Origin: Desulfobacterales bacterium
GTDB taxonomy: Bacteria; Desulfobacterota; Desulfobacteria; Desulfobacterales; SG8-13
NCBI GenBank assembly: GCA_049281435.1
Contig: JBAPSB010000371.1
Span: 1-58,908, forward strand
DNA: 58,908 bases
Direction: 5' to 3'
A program made the position numbers and the translations under genes. Shown piece after piece: positions 1-9,445 of this stretch. The notes beneath the pieces were generated by a model that worked only from the letters and a program-made list of their open reading frames with translations, was not told the origin of the DNA and did no database searches. Every line of letters begins with the position of its first letter. Position 1 is the first letter of the stretch.

Positions 1-225
1 GGAGACTGAAAAAGCAGATGAAAACACTTGAAGAAAAGAAAGCAGATTTATTGAAAATTATTGGAGAATAAAAATCGATAAAAATTCAATTATGAAAGAT
101 TTGCCGAACCATGCAGTTCAGTGGACAGCCAGTATCTTGCCGCATCATATTTGATATAATAGAAACCGTCCTCATCTTAAGTCAAGGGCAACGAATATCT
201 GGCCGCCACTGACCGCCACGTTACG

Positions 226-239
226 TTTCCACGTGGAAA
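226..239. promoter_or_regulatory. Perfect 14-bp palindrome TTTCCACGTGGAAA, candidate operator upstream of the GNAT gene
   Basis: Read directly from the sequence. It is self-complementary over all 14 nt and ends 12 nt before the ATG at 252. Confidence 0.3.
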
Positions 240-251
240 GATTTGAGACCC

Positions 252-740
252 ATGAATATCCGAGAAGCCACAAGAGAAGACTTCGACCAAATTTGGCCGA
301 TCTTCCACGAGATCGCTGCAGCTGGTGAAACCTATGCGTACCCGCGGGACACCACAAAGGAGCAAGCCTTAAAGCTTTGGATCGATGGTCAAAGAAAGAC
401 CTATGTTTTCGAAGAGGACGGAAAGATCCTTGGCACGTATTACATCAAGACCAACCAATCAGGTCCGGGGGACCATGTCTGCAATTGCGGCTACATGGTT
501 TCATCCGCAGCCATGGGGCGCGGCCTCGCCACTGCGATGTGCGAACACTCCCAAAAGATCGCAAAAGAGCTTGGGTACAAGGCTATGCAGTTCAATTTCG
601 TGGCGTCCAGCAATGAAGGCGCTGTAAGACTTTGGAAAAAGCTCGGTTTCGCGACCGTGGGCCGATTACCCAAGGCCTTTCATCATCCTTCCAAGGGTTA
701 TGTTGATGCGTTGGTCATGTATAAGTGGCTGGGAATTTAA
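252..740 (+). CDS. GNAT-family N-acetyltransferase
   Basis: ORF 243..740. I prefer the ATG at 252 (MNIREATREDF) over the TTG at 243. Length and pattern fit a GNAT, including the acetyl-CoA motif region AAMGRGLATAM and the C-terminal NEGAVRLWKKLGF. Confidence 0.8.
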   Translation: MNIREATREDFDQIWPIFHEIAAAGETYAYPRDTTKEQALKLWIDGQRKTYVFEEDGKILGTYYIKTNQSGPGDHVCNCGYMVSSAAMGRGLATAMCEHSQKIAKELGYKAMQFNFVASSNEGAVRLWKKLGFATVGRLPKAFHHPSKGYVDALVMYKWLGI

Positions 741-1311
741 CCAATGCTTCCAGCCGACGCCCTTGTCTTCGGGGCTTCGCCCCTGCGGCAGGGCTGCGAT
801 TGATGAGGAGCATTCGCAGGAAGAAATTATGAAAGCAGCGAATACGTATTATAAAGCGCCAGGTTGGCGACAAGAAATGAGAGTTAAGATACGAAGAAAA
901 ACCCCTCATGCCGGCCGCTAACGAATCGCAGACAGGAGAACAAAATGAACATCGCTGATATAAAAAGATGAGCACGGCTGAGCGTTTGCAAACTATGGAG
1001 GCGCTCTGGGTATCCTTCTGGCTTGTGGGAATTCTGAAATGGAGTTGGCACCAATTCACAGAGCCGACGATTTGGTACAGCCTGCCGATCAAGCTCAAAA
1101 GAACCAGAAAAGGGACCAGGACAGATCCGCGGGCGGAGTCCGGGACGCAAACAAATAAATAGCTTCTGCTGATAGCCGCCTTGAATTAGCGTGGTGTCCG
1201 TGTTATTGCGTTTTCATGATAACATCATTTGAATATCAAGTCTGAAGCCGACGAGTTGAAAACCCTTGAACCAGTAGCACCTCTACAAATCTCTCTTCAT
1301 TAAGTTTTAAA

Positions 1312-1518
1312 ATGGAAGGTACCTCGCTGCTTATTTGGGCAATGCTATTCGGGTCAATCGGCCTCGGATTCTTTGTGTATGGCAAAAAACAAAAGGCCGT
1401 CATTCCCCTGATTTCAGGAATCGCCTTGATTGTGTTTCCCTATTTTGTATCGAACGTCACCATACTTGTCATCGTCGGCGTTATTTTGGTGGTGATACCC
1501 TATTTTGTCAGAATATGA
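1312..1518 (+). CDS. Small hydrophobic membrane protein (68 aa, 2-3 TM), function unknown
   Basis: The ORF is almost entirely hydrophobic helices with a YGKKQK loop. No competing ORF overlaps it. Confidence 0.5.
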   Translation: MEGTSLLIWAMLFGSIGLGFFVYGKKQKAVIPLISGIALIVFPYFVSNVTILVIVGVILVVIPYFVRI

Positions 1519-1626
1519 GGCATGTTGGCCTGCTGTGGAAAGGGGGTATTACCCGTGAAATCGAGTGCTGCCGTGCACTGATAGGATCAATTATGGACCA
1601 CGCCAAATGACTGAGGGGGGAGTCGC

Positions 1627-2007
1627 ATGTCGTCCAAGGAGAAGGGCCCTGATTCCGACCGGCTGGAGCGTATCGTCGCCGAAGCCCGGCGCGACCGGGA
1701 GCGCCAGGAAAAAACCTACCGCGGGCGCGCTCTCAAAATCTTTCCGTGGATCTGTGCGCGGTGCGGGCGCGAATTTTCAGGCAAGAAAGTCCGGGAACTA
1801 ACGGTCCACCACAAGGATCATAATCATGACAACAATCCGCCGGACGGCAGCAACTGGGAGTTGCTGTGCATCTACTGTCACGACAATGAACATTCGCGGC
1901 ATCAGGTGGCTGACTGGTATGGCCAAGCGACTCCAAGTGCTGTCCAGGAGCCGCAGGGCGGCCATAAACCGTTTGCGAACCTGAAAGACCTGCTGAAGGG
2001 TAAATAG
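1627..2007 (+). CDS. yajD: YajD-type HNH endonuclease family protein
   Basis: HNH signature HHKDHNHDNNPPDGSNWELLCIYCHDNEH, an upstream CxxC (CARCG), and the ~120-aa size typical of YajD. Confidence 0.85.
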   Translation: MSSKEKGPDSDRLERIVAEARRDRERQEKTYRGRALKIFPWICARCGREFSGKKVRELTVHHKDHNHDNNPPDGSNWELLCIYCHDNEHSRHQVADWYGQATPSAVQEPQGGHKPFANLKDLLKGK

Positions 2008-2228
2008 TAACGGCATCAAAAAAGTCATGAACGACATCCTTTCGTATCACCAGCGGCGACCGCGCAGGAAGTAAGCTCGTATGATCCCTGAAGCGCAGAC
2101 GAATTTGGCCTTGCCTTTTCAAGCGATACCGCAATATTAGGTGGGTCGACACGAAAATAGATTTTCAGGCACCGTGGCGATCTAAAAGGTCATGGTCTTT
2201 AACACGGTCAAACCATGCGAGGAGCCCC

Positions 2229-2720
2229 ATGAAACGTCAGCCGCTTAAACTTCACTGTCTGGCCCAATCGATCGTCTTGCTCTTGTCGATCGGTCAGGCC
2301 ACCGTTTTTGCGCAAACCCGCCAGGAACATGTGCACCAGACGGCCCAGCGGGTCATGCCCTTCGACGTGGCCAAGACCGTCCATATTTTCGAAATGACCC
2401 AGACCGGCGGCGTGATGCGGGTCATCGCCAAAGATGCCGGCGCAGCGGATCAGGTGGCGCTCATTCGAGAGCACCTGCAACGCGAGGCCGAGAAGTTTCA
2501 GAAGGGCGATTTCGGCGACCCGGCAAGCCTGCACGGGGCAAACATGCCGGGGCTCAAGGATCTTCAGGCCGGAGCCGCGCGTATCAAAGTGACGTATACC
2601 GAGCTGCCGCCGGGCGCCGAAATCACTTTCCTGACTCCCGATCTTCAGTTGTTGACCGCGCTGCACCGGTGGTTCGGGGCGCAGCTTTCCGAGCACGGGA
2701 CCGACGCCAGGGCCGAGTAA
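2229..2720 (+). CDS. Secreted protein of unknown function (signal peptide)
   Basis: N-terminal signal-like LHCLAQSIVLLLSIGQATVFAQ. SD-like GAGGAG lies upstream of the ATG. I recognise no family. Confidence 0.6.
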   Translation: MKRQPLKLHCLAQSIVLLLSIGQATVFAQTRQEHVHQTAQRVMPFDVAKTVHIFEMTQTGGVMRVIAKDAGAADQVALIREHLQREAEKFQKGDFGDPASLHGANMPGLKDLQAGAARIKVTYTELPPGAEITFLTPDLQLLTALHRWFGAQLSEHGTDARAE

Positions 2721-2801
2721 GCGATTACGGCAAGGCTCAATTGACACTCATGGCCGTAGTGCCGTTCCAAAAGGGGCGGCTTCACGGATCAAGGAGGAAG
2801 C

Positions 2802-3662
2802 ATGCAGGCCGCGTTTATCGGGTTAGGGATCATGGGCAGCCGAATGGCTAAGAATCTGTTGTGCAAGGAGGTCGCCCTCAAAGTGTTTAACCGGTCAGAA
2901 AATCCGTTGCGGGAACTCGAGAAATTTGGTGCCACGGTGGCGCAATCACCTAAAGAAGCGGTCCGGGACGCCGATGTCGTGTTCACGATGCTGTCCTCTC
3001 CCGAGGTCGTCGAAAAGATCGCGCTGGCGGAAGAAGGCTTCGTTGCGGCGATGAAAGACAATGCCATCTGGGTCGATTGTTCGACGGTCAATCCGTCGTT
3101 CTCGCTAAAGGAAAGCCGCGTCGCCCAGCGGCATCATGTCCGGTTCGTCGATGCGCCGGTAGCCGGGTCGAAACCCCAGGCCGAGAAGGCCGAACTGGTC
3201 TTTTTCGTTGGCGCAGATAAAGATACTGTGACTGACATCGAGCCCTTATTGAAATTCATGGGCAACAAGATTGTATACGTAGGAGAACCCGGGAAAGGGA
3301 CGTCATTTAAGATGCTGGTGAATTCTCTTCTCGCGCAGGCGATGCTGGCTTTTTCCGAAGCTCTCCTGCTGGGCGAAAAACTGGGGTTACCAAAGGAATT
3401 TCTGCTGGACACCCTGCCGAACTTGCCGGTTTGTGCGCCATTTATCAAAGCCAAGGCGGAGATGATTCGCTCCGGTGACGACGAGGCGCATTTTCCCCTG
3501 GAATTGATGCACAAAGACCTGCATCTGGTCGCGGCCACCGCTTATGAAAATAACCAGCCGCTCATGGCGGCAAATCTGGCCAAGGAAGTATACGCCGATG
3601 CGAAGCGAAGCGGTTATGGCCGAAAAGATTTTGCATCGATATACAAGTTCTTGCGCAAATAG
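2802..3662 (+). CDS. NAD(P)-dependent beta-hydroxyacid dehydrogenase (3-hydroxyisobutyrate dehydrogenase family)
   Basis: N-terminal Rossmann motif FIGLGIMGSRMAKNL. 286 aa with the family-typical DAPVAGS and GxGxxxKMxxN (GKGTSFKMLVN) segments. Confidence 0.9.
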   Translation: MQAAFIGLGIMGSRMAKNLLCKEVALKVFNRSENPLRELEKFGATVAQSPKEAVRDADVVFTMLSSPEVVEKIALAEEGFVAAMKDNAIWVDCSTVNPSFSLKESRVAQRHHVRFVDAPVAGSKPQAEKAELVFFVGADKDTVTDIEPLLKFMGNKIVYVGEPGKGTSFKMLVNSLLAQAMLAFSEALLLGEKLGLPKEFLLDTLPNLPVCAPFIKAKAEMIRSGDDEAHFPLELMHKDLHLVAATAYENNQPLMAANLAKEVYADAKRSGYGRKDFASIYKFLRK

Positions 3663-3717
3663 TCCGGTTGGAAACCCAGCCCGCTTGAAGACCACTGTCA
3701 TTACTTGAGGACTGCCT

Positions 3718-4446
3718 GTGAAAATAATGGCCCCAGCTTTGGCTTCTCCGCTCTGGCTGACAAAGTGGATGACGGATCACGGGATTTTTGTCTGGGGGGC
3801 GGCGGACCTGCGCGAGGTTGCAACTCCAATAGATGATGCCGGAAAGGGGTTTCCCGGCGCGCTGTCATATGCGATTCCCATGAATCCCCGCATCATGGCC
3901 GGGATCCAGGACGGCCCTACCCGCGCCTATGCCAATGAGTATGCCGAAGTCAATGACCGCATCGATGAATTATCGGTTTCACTGGCAGCCGAAATCAATG
4001 CCAGAGGGTTTCGATCCAAACCGCTGGCGCCCTCGGAGCGTACCGACACGATAAATATCAAGGGTGATTTTCCCCACAAAACCGCCGCCACGAAAGCCGG
4101 CGTGGGCTGGGTGGGACGTCATTGCCAGCTGATAACGCGCCGGTATGGATCGTGGGTGCGGCTGGGGACTGTTTTTACCGATATCGAACTTCCGTGCGGG
4201 CCGGCCATGGAACGGAACTTCTGCGGCCGCTGCCGGCGCTGCGTCGATGCCTGCCCGGCCGGGGCATTGACCGGAAACGCCTGGCATCCGGGCCTGGCGC
4301 GGGAAGAGATACTGGATGTGCGGGCCTGCGACCGGTGGAAGAAGGACCACTATTTTCAGTATCACAAAGGGCAAAACTGCGGAATTTGCTCGGCGGTCTG
4401 TCCTTACGGATTAAAAGTTCTGAAAAAGAAGTCCGGCAAAAGTTGA
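3718..4446 (+). CDS. QueG-like 4Fe-4S ferredoxin-domain protein (epoxyqueuosine reductase-related)
   Basis: Two cluster motifs, CGRCRRCVDACP and CGICSAVCP. The preceding GWVGRHCQLITRRYGSWVRLG segment resembles the QueG/RDH core. The exact start is uncertain. Confidence 0.65.
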   Translation: MKIMAPALASPLWLTKWMTDHGIFVWGAADLREVATPIDDAGKGFPGALSYAIPMNPRIMAGIQDGPTRAYANEYAEVNDRIDELSVSLAAEINARGFRSKPLAPSERTDTINIKGDFPHKTAATKAGVGWVGRHCQLITRRYGSWVRLGTVFTDIELPCGPAMERNFCGRCRRCVDACPAGALTGNAWHPGLAREEILDVRACDRWKKDHYFQYHKGQNCGICSAVCPYGLKVLKKKSGKS

Positions 4447-4505
4447 AAGCAGCTGCCGGGCATGGATATGACACTTAGAGATGTCTTGCAAAGGAAGGTG
4501 AGCAC

Positions 4506-4793
4506 GTGGCAAAAACATTCGGCGGCACAAAGACGGCAAAATTGGGCACGGAGAAGCGACCTGCGATTGTCAGAGTTCAGACCGAGGAGAGACTGCAGGA
4601 GGTGGCGGCCATATTCGAAGAAAACGGCTGGAAATTCACCATTGGACTGGAACCGGACGAACCCGAAGATATCACCGATTTGGAAACCTTGCTGAATCCG
4701 ACGAAAACCAGACGGGTCGAAAATAAAATCGGGCGTAACGAGCCCTGCCCGTGCGGCAGCGGGAAAAAGTATAAAAAATGCTGCGGACAGTAG
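4506..4793 (+). CDS. SEC-C metal-binding motif protein
   Basis: C-terminal [16 protein letters not shown] is the SEC-C motif. GTG start preceded by AAGGAAGG. Confidence 0.8.
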   Translation: MAKTFGGTKTAKLGTEKRPAIVRVQTEERLQEVAAIFEENGWKFTIGLEPDEPEDITDLETLLNPTKTRRVENKIGRNEPCPCGSGKKYKKCCGQ

Positions 4794-4827
4794 AAGGTTG
4801 GCAACAGGACGCCATAGATGGTAGCCA

Positions 4828-5148
4828 ATGATGTTTCGTCCGGCTTTTCATCTGGTGCTGCATGTCGTCGTGCCGGGAGTTGCCGCCAAAGCCGCCTATG
4901 CCGAGCGCTGGAAGAGTGCCTGGCTGGTGATGCTGGCCACGATGATCGTCGATCTGGACCACCTCATGGCCGTGCCGGTGTACGATCCAAACCGCTGCGG
5001 AATCGGTTTTCACCCGCTGCACACCTACCCGGCGATCGGCTTTTATTTTCTGTTGCTGCTGATTCCCGGGATCCGGTTAATCGGTCTGGGCCTGCTGATT
5101 CACATGGCATTGGACAAGATCGATTGCCTGTGGATGCTCGTCAGGTAG
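4828..5148 (+). CDS. Small membrane protein (about 3 TM), function unknown
   Basis: 106-aa hydrophobic ORF with a conserved-looking DLDH and HMALDKIDC. No better overlapping ORF. Confidence 0.55.
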   Translation: MMFRPAFHLVLHVVVPGVAAKAAYAERWKSAWLVMLATMIVDLDHLMAVPVYDPNRCGIGFHPLHTYPAIGFYFLLLLIPGIRLIGLGLLIHMALDKIDCLWMLVR

Positions 5149-5329
5149 TGTTCATTCATAAATGGTCCTTTTTCCGCTGGGCGGCCGGTCGCAGCGGGTT
5201 TCCGGCTGCGGTGTACATAAAGTACGCCTCGCCGCAAATCACGCCTGGCGGGACGGCCTTGCTCAGCGAACAATTCCACATTTATGAATTGGACGCATAA
5301 TGGGGCCTAAAAAGGTCGCGGATGGGCAC
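5147..5329. repeat. Family-1 imperfect-palindrome repeat (MITE/REP-like), copy A
   Basis: Aligns end to end with 17827..18021. Shared blocks: CATAAATGGTC, TTTTCCGC, TACATAAAG, CTCGCCGCAAATC, CAGCGAACAA, CCATTTA, GATCGCGGATGGG. The flanks ATTCATAAATG / CATTTATGAAT are inverted. Confidence 0.85.
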
Positions 5330-6957
5330 TATATAACACATCCCCGCAAGGAATCCCGCCGCAGTCCGCTCAGAAATATTTTCGTCAGTTCCCGCGCCGT
5401 GGCGTGGCGGTAGATGTCACCGGCTGCGTCGATGCCGCGCAGCTGCCCATCGAAAAGAAACCAGCGCAGCAGTTGGATACCGGCCAAGCGTCGATCCTGG
5501 GGGGTCACCCGTGTACCGGCCGTGAACTCTTGGGGCTCCGGAATCCCGGCGCCCTGATCCAGCAGGGATTTCATGAAATTGAGGAGGCGCCCCAACCGCA
5601 GCAGGGTGGCGACCTGCCGACGGTCGGTGGCATGAGATATCGGCAAGGCGCTGGAGCGCATCAGCGCAAAGTCGGTCGGCAGGAGCCCCAACTTTTCGCA
5701 GGTTTGATAATCGGGGCTTCCCGGTGCGGGATAGAAAACAGAGACCCCGGCCAGCACCCGCCGCCGCGCCAGGTAGAGAAGATCGGCCACGGAGTCCGTC
5801 GGCGACTGGTGCGGTGCGCCGACAATCACATAGCCCACGCAGTCGAGACGATATTTTTGGGCCGCGGCCAGCGCGGCATCGAAGGCCGCACGGACATCCG
5901 GCCGCCGAAATTTCTTCAATTGTTCCGGATGGCTCGATCCCAGTGACAAATTGAGGGTCTTGAACCCCGCCGCCGCCATGGCGGCGATGACGTCGTCATT
6001 AAGCGACGGCGGAAAGAGGCCGTTCATTGCCCGCAGTTCCGGGCCGGCACGACCGAAGCGGGTCGTGATGCCACGCAGAAGGCATGCAAACCAGGCGCGG
6101 TCGAGCGTCAGGTTTTCGTCTTCGAAATCGATAAAGCCGGCGCCGTCCCGTTCCACGGCGCGTTCGATCTCGTCCAGAACGGAGGATGCTGACCGTCGAC
6201 AAAAGGTCCGGTCGCGTGAGCGGCGCATGGCGCAGTAAGAACACCGCATGGGGCAGCCCCGGCTGGCCACGACGACCGCACTGGCCTTTTGGCCCCGGCG
6301 ATAGTGACGGTCCTTGATCAAATGGGTGGCCGGCAGCTGCAACCCATCGAGGCCCCCCCAGTGGGCCGGCGCACTGGTCCGAAGCGTTCCATCGGCAGCG
6401 CGTAACACGATGCCGGGAATGTCATCCGGATTGCGCCCGTCTTTCAGCGCGGTGGCCAGCAGCGGCAGGGCTTCCTCCCCGTCACCGCGGATGACATAGT
6501 CCACGGCCCGGTTTTGCATGACGCTTTCCGGCAGTTCCGTCGGGTGGTGACCTCCCATCACGATTTTGCAGGACGGCAGAGCGGCCTTGATCCGCTGTGC
6601 GGTTTCGAGCGCTTCACCGCTGTAGGCGGTAAAAAGGGACGATATGCCCACCAGGAAAGCACCGGAGCGCGCGGCTTGCCGCGCCAGGTGGTCGAAGCTG
6701 TAGCCATAGTGCCGGAAACGGTGAAAGAGGGCAAACGGCGACCGGTCCTCGCGTCCATAAAATTGCCGGAGGTATTCCATGCTCACCGGCCAGGGGATGT
6801 CCCGCGAACGGGATGTGGCCAGCCCGTCGAGAATTTCCACGGTAAAGCCGGCCTTTTCCAGGCCGGCCGCAATACAGGCCAGTCCGTAAGGCACAGTGCG
6901 TTTGGCCGTCAGGTAAAAATCCCTGATGGGCGGCTGCACGAGCAGGATATCGGGCAT
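5329..6957 (-). CDS. B12-binding-domain radical SAM enzyme
   Basis: N-terminal cobalamin-binding-type domain (ILLVQPP..., VGISSLFT, IVMGGHHPT) followed by the radical SAM motif CPMRCSYC. Confidence 0.9.
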   Translation of the reverse strand: MPDILLVQPPIRDFYLTAKRTVPYGLACIAAGLEKAGFTVEILDGLATSRSRDIPWPVSMEYLRQFYGREDRSPFALFHRFRHYGYSFDHLARQAARSGAFLVGISSLFTAYSGEALETAQRIKAALPSCKIVMGGHHPTELPESVMQNRAVDYVIRGDGEEALPLLATALKDGRNPDDIPGIVLRAADGTLRTSAPAHWGGLDGLQLPATHLIKDRHYRRGQKASAVVVASRGCPMRCSYCAMRRSRDRTFCRRSASSVLDEIERAVERDGAGFIDFEDENLTLDRAWFACLLRGITTRFGRAGPELRAMNGLFPPSLNDDVIAAMAAAGFKTLNLSLGSSHPEQLKKFRRPDVRAAFDAALAAAQKYRLDCVGYVIVGAPHQSPTDSVADLLYLARRRVLAGVSVFYPAPGSPDYQTCEKLGLLPTDFALMRSSALPISHATDRRQVATLLRLGRLLNFMKSLLDQGAGIPEPQEFTAGTRVTPQDRRLAGIQLLRWFLFDGQLRGIDAAGDIYRHATARELTKIFLSGLRRDSLRGCVI

Positions 6958-7251
6958 TTCGACGGATACCTTCGACAGCGAGAGGTTCGCGGAGTTTCAC
7001 ACGCGTGAGTCAAAAAAACAGCGGGCGAACCGGAGGACGATGGGAGATTATCACGGAGATTCAAAATTCACCAGCGTAGACCCGGCAGTTATCCGGTGGT
7101 AAGGGAAGGCTATCGGGGAAGAAAAAGGTTTAGTGGCCGGCAGCGCGGGATATGCCCGGTGCTGCCGGCCCCGTCGGATATGGTCAAGGCGACCTGTGAC
7201 AGGTCACCAGGGAGCGCGGAATGCTATTTGACTGAGAGATACCACCTCCGG

Positions 7252-7770
7252 CTACCGGTCCACGGTGCTGGTCAGCTCTCCGGCCTCCTCCAGCTTGAGG
7301 TGTTGCGAGCGCCAGATGTTGTTCTGGTTGGCATAGGTTTCGATGTTGACATTCGACAGGTGGGTGACCATTTCGATATCTTCCGTGGCCCGGTCCTCAT
7401 TACCTATGATGGAGTGGAGATTCGCGCGACTGTAGTAAGCGGCGCCATATTCCGGATCGAGTGCAATGGCCCGATCGAAGTCTTTGAGGGCCGCCGGGTT
7501 GTCGCCGGATTTTTCATTGACCAAACCTCTCAAATGGTAGGCTTTGGCATAGTCAGGATGGTTTTCGATGACCCGGTCGAATTCTTCGCGGGCCTCATCG
7601 AGGCGGCCGAGCTTCATGTAAGCTGACGCGCGGCTCAGGAGCACGATTTTATTTTGCGGATCGATATCGAGAGCGCGGCTGAAGGCCGCGATGCTCTTGT
7701 CGTAGTTTTGGCCGACGAATTCGGCCATGGCTTCGTTGAAATGTGTATCGACTTTATCTTTGTCCGTCAT
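7252..7770 (-). CDS. Tetratricopeptide (TPR) repeat protein
   Basis: Repeated 34-aa TPR pattern: YDKSIAAFSRALDIDPQN, YMKLGRLDEAREEFDRVIENHPDY, AKAYHLRGL, ALKDFDRAIALDPEY. Confidence 0.85.
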   Translation of the reverse strand: MTDKDKVDTHFNEAMAEFVGQNYDKSIAAFSRALDIDPQNKIVLLSRASAYMKLGRLDEAREEFDRVIENHPDYAKAYHLRGLVNEKSGDNPAALKDFDRAIALDPEYGAAYYSRANLHSIIGNEDRATEDIEMVTHLSNVNIETYANQNNIWRSQHLKLEEAGELTSTVDR

Positions 7771-8026
7771 TGGTATTTCCTTTCCAAGGGGTTACATTTT
7801 TTGAAGACAACTTCTACGGGGCGGGGTGAAAGCCGATATCAGCAGAACAGGATCCAGGATGAAAGCTTTGGTGATGTTCAGGCCAAGCTATGCGATCGGG
7901 TTTGTCCCGACAACCAGAAGTTAAGTATTCTAAATGGGGTGTCAATGGAGCAGACCCGCCGCAGCGACACCAATACCGCCGGCTGCCTTGGGCTTTAGAT
8001 ACGGGTTGTGGCAAAACCGCGACCCG

Positions 8027-8224
8027 TCACGTCAGTTTGCCGCTCGACCTGAAGGAGTCGATGCTCTCTTTTTCGATCAGAACGGCCCCCCTTTTTTTGA
8101 CGGCACGAAGTTCCCCGAATTCCAGCAATTGATAAACGATCTTACGGCCGACGCCAAGGTATTTAGCCGTTTCGCCGACCGTCAGAAGCGGCAGCGAAAC
8201 GAAGTCGGGATCCCTGGATGCCAT
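8027..8224 (-). CDS. Excisionase/MerR-like helix-turn-helix DNA-binding protein (65 aa)
   Basis: LLTVGETAKYLGVGRKIVYQLLEFGELRAVKKRGAVLIEKESID matches the excisionase-type HTH pattern. I chose the internal ATG at 8224. The upstream part of ORF 8027..8389 is Cys/Arg-rich and looks non-coding. Confidence 0.65.
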   Translation of the reverse strand: MASRDPDFVSLPLLTVGETAKYLGVGRKIVYQLLEFGELRAVKKRGAVLIEKESIDSFRSSGKLT

Positions 8225-8543
8225 TGGTGAAGTCCTCCTCCTGTTTTTATGGTGTTCCCTCGCCGCCGGAAGCGCTATTTGCCGGTGGCAGTGTCCTGGG
8301 CCCGCAGAGAGGGGCCATGAAAAATCCGTCAGCTCCCGTAACGGCGAGACACTGCAGCAACAGCATTTCCTGTTCGCCGGACGGTTCAACCCATTGTGAG
8401 ATGACCTGAATTGAGAAACGGATCAAGTAAGTAAATAAACATTTTCGGCAGGACTGCAACCATAAGTCCGGCTGCGGCCGAGGGCAGAAAATGCAGAAAA
8501 GAAAGGATTAAAGGGGATTGAGTGCGTCAGAAAGCCGGTTTCA

Positions 8544-9170
8544 TCAGCGGGAATCCGGCTGGTACCTGGGGAGCAGGCGCATGATGGTTTCCTGTTCCCA
8601 GCGGGCGGTATACCGCAGAAACGCCTCCATTCCGATGGACCCCGGAAGACCGGCCCACAGCGAGGCGCCGAAGAAGTCGAAATAGGAGGTGTGTGTCACC
8701 CGCGTGCCGCCGCCGACGGCTTCGAGCTTGATAAAGCCGTAGTTGAATTTTTGCCCGCAGTCCTTGGGGTTGAGAAGCACATAGCCGAGGCCGTGGACCG
8801 ACGGATAGAGCGTGGTCTGCCATCTGAAAGCGACATCCGGCGAGCCGGCATAGCGGGTTTCCGTCACGACGGTGTCGTTTATCCGGCGGACGAGGCGGCT
8901 GGAGGCAATGTAGCGGTTGGTGTCGAGAAAATCACCGTCGAAGTCGGTTTTAAATTTCCAGAAAATGTTGACCGGTACCCCGACGACGTAGACCAACTTG
9001 ACCGCACGGCCGCCTCTCTCCGCAGGCGCCAACCGATAGATGGCGGTCTGTTCATCGTCGCTGCCGGCGCCGGCGCGCTGTCCTTCAGCGGCTTCGAGTG
9101 AGACGACGGCGATCAGTAGTGAAACGACGGCCAGCGGGACTGACGGTTTCAGTCGGCATAAGCATGGCAT
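8544..9170 (-). CDS. Secreted protein, SRPBCC/START-like guess, function unknown
   Basis: Signal peptide SVPLAVVSLLIAVVSLEAAEG. The beta-rich body gives only a weak fold impression. Confidence 0.55.
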   Translation of the reverse strand: MPCLCRLKPSVPLAVVSLLIAVVSLEAAEGQRAGAGSDDEQTAIYRLAPAERGGRAVKLVYVVGVPVNIFWKFKTDFDGDFLDTNRYIASSRLVRRINDTVVTETRYAGSPDVAFRWQTTLYPSVHGLGYVLLNPKDCGQKFNYGFIKLEAVGGGTRVTHTSYFDFFGASLWAGLPGSIGMEAFLRYTARWEQETIMRLLPRYQPDSR

Positions 9171-9280
9171 GGCCAGGATTCCGGACTACTGTATCTTGTC
9201 ACACATGAATTGTCCAAATGGCCGCCACCCCAAACCTCAAGTAGCTATCATTCGTACACCCTGTATGTTGAACCGGGAAG

Positions 9281-9445
9281 CTTAGGGCTCACTCAAAAAT
9301 AACTTCACATTTCAGATGTCGATCCATCCCGTTCAGCGGCGTTGCGAAAAATTGGAATATCCAGATATTCCTGCGTTTTCGCGCCTTGCCGGCCGGTCGC
9401 CTCAACACCTTAAATTGCAAACTTATTTCTTCGTGAACCCTTAGG
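9281..9445 (+). repeat. Family-2 MITE-like element, full-length copy 1 (165 bp)
   Basis: Terminal inverted repeats CTTAGGGCTCAC ... GTGAACCCTTAGG. The two halves are imperfectly complementary around the central GGAATATCCAGATATTCC. About 90 percent identical by eye to 47781..47944 (opposite orientation) and to 45239..45377. Confidence 0.9.

Noticed and set aside
3-71. Open frame entering from the left edge (…RLKKQMKTLEEKKADLLKIIGE-stop)
   Set aside because: Only 22 codons are visible. They form a coiled-coil-like tail with no diagnostic motif, which is too short to call.
945-1165. Possible addiction-module antitoxin (MNIADIKR / MSTAERLQTMEALW...)
   Set aside because: Only the first ~20 residues resemble that family. 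The frame is broken by a stop after 8 codons, and the remainder does not match the expected pattern. No partner toxin ORF is visible. At best it is a decayed remnant, so I did not annotate it as a feature.
8225-8389. Longer 120-aa version of the HTH ORF
   Set aside because: The N-terminal 55 residues (CCCC, HCH, RRR runs) look non-coding. The HTH domain begins right after the internal Met at 8224.
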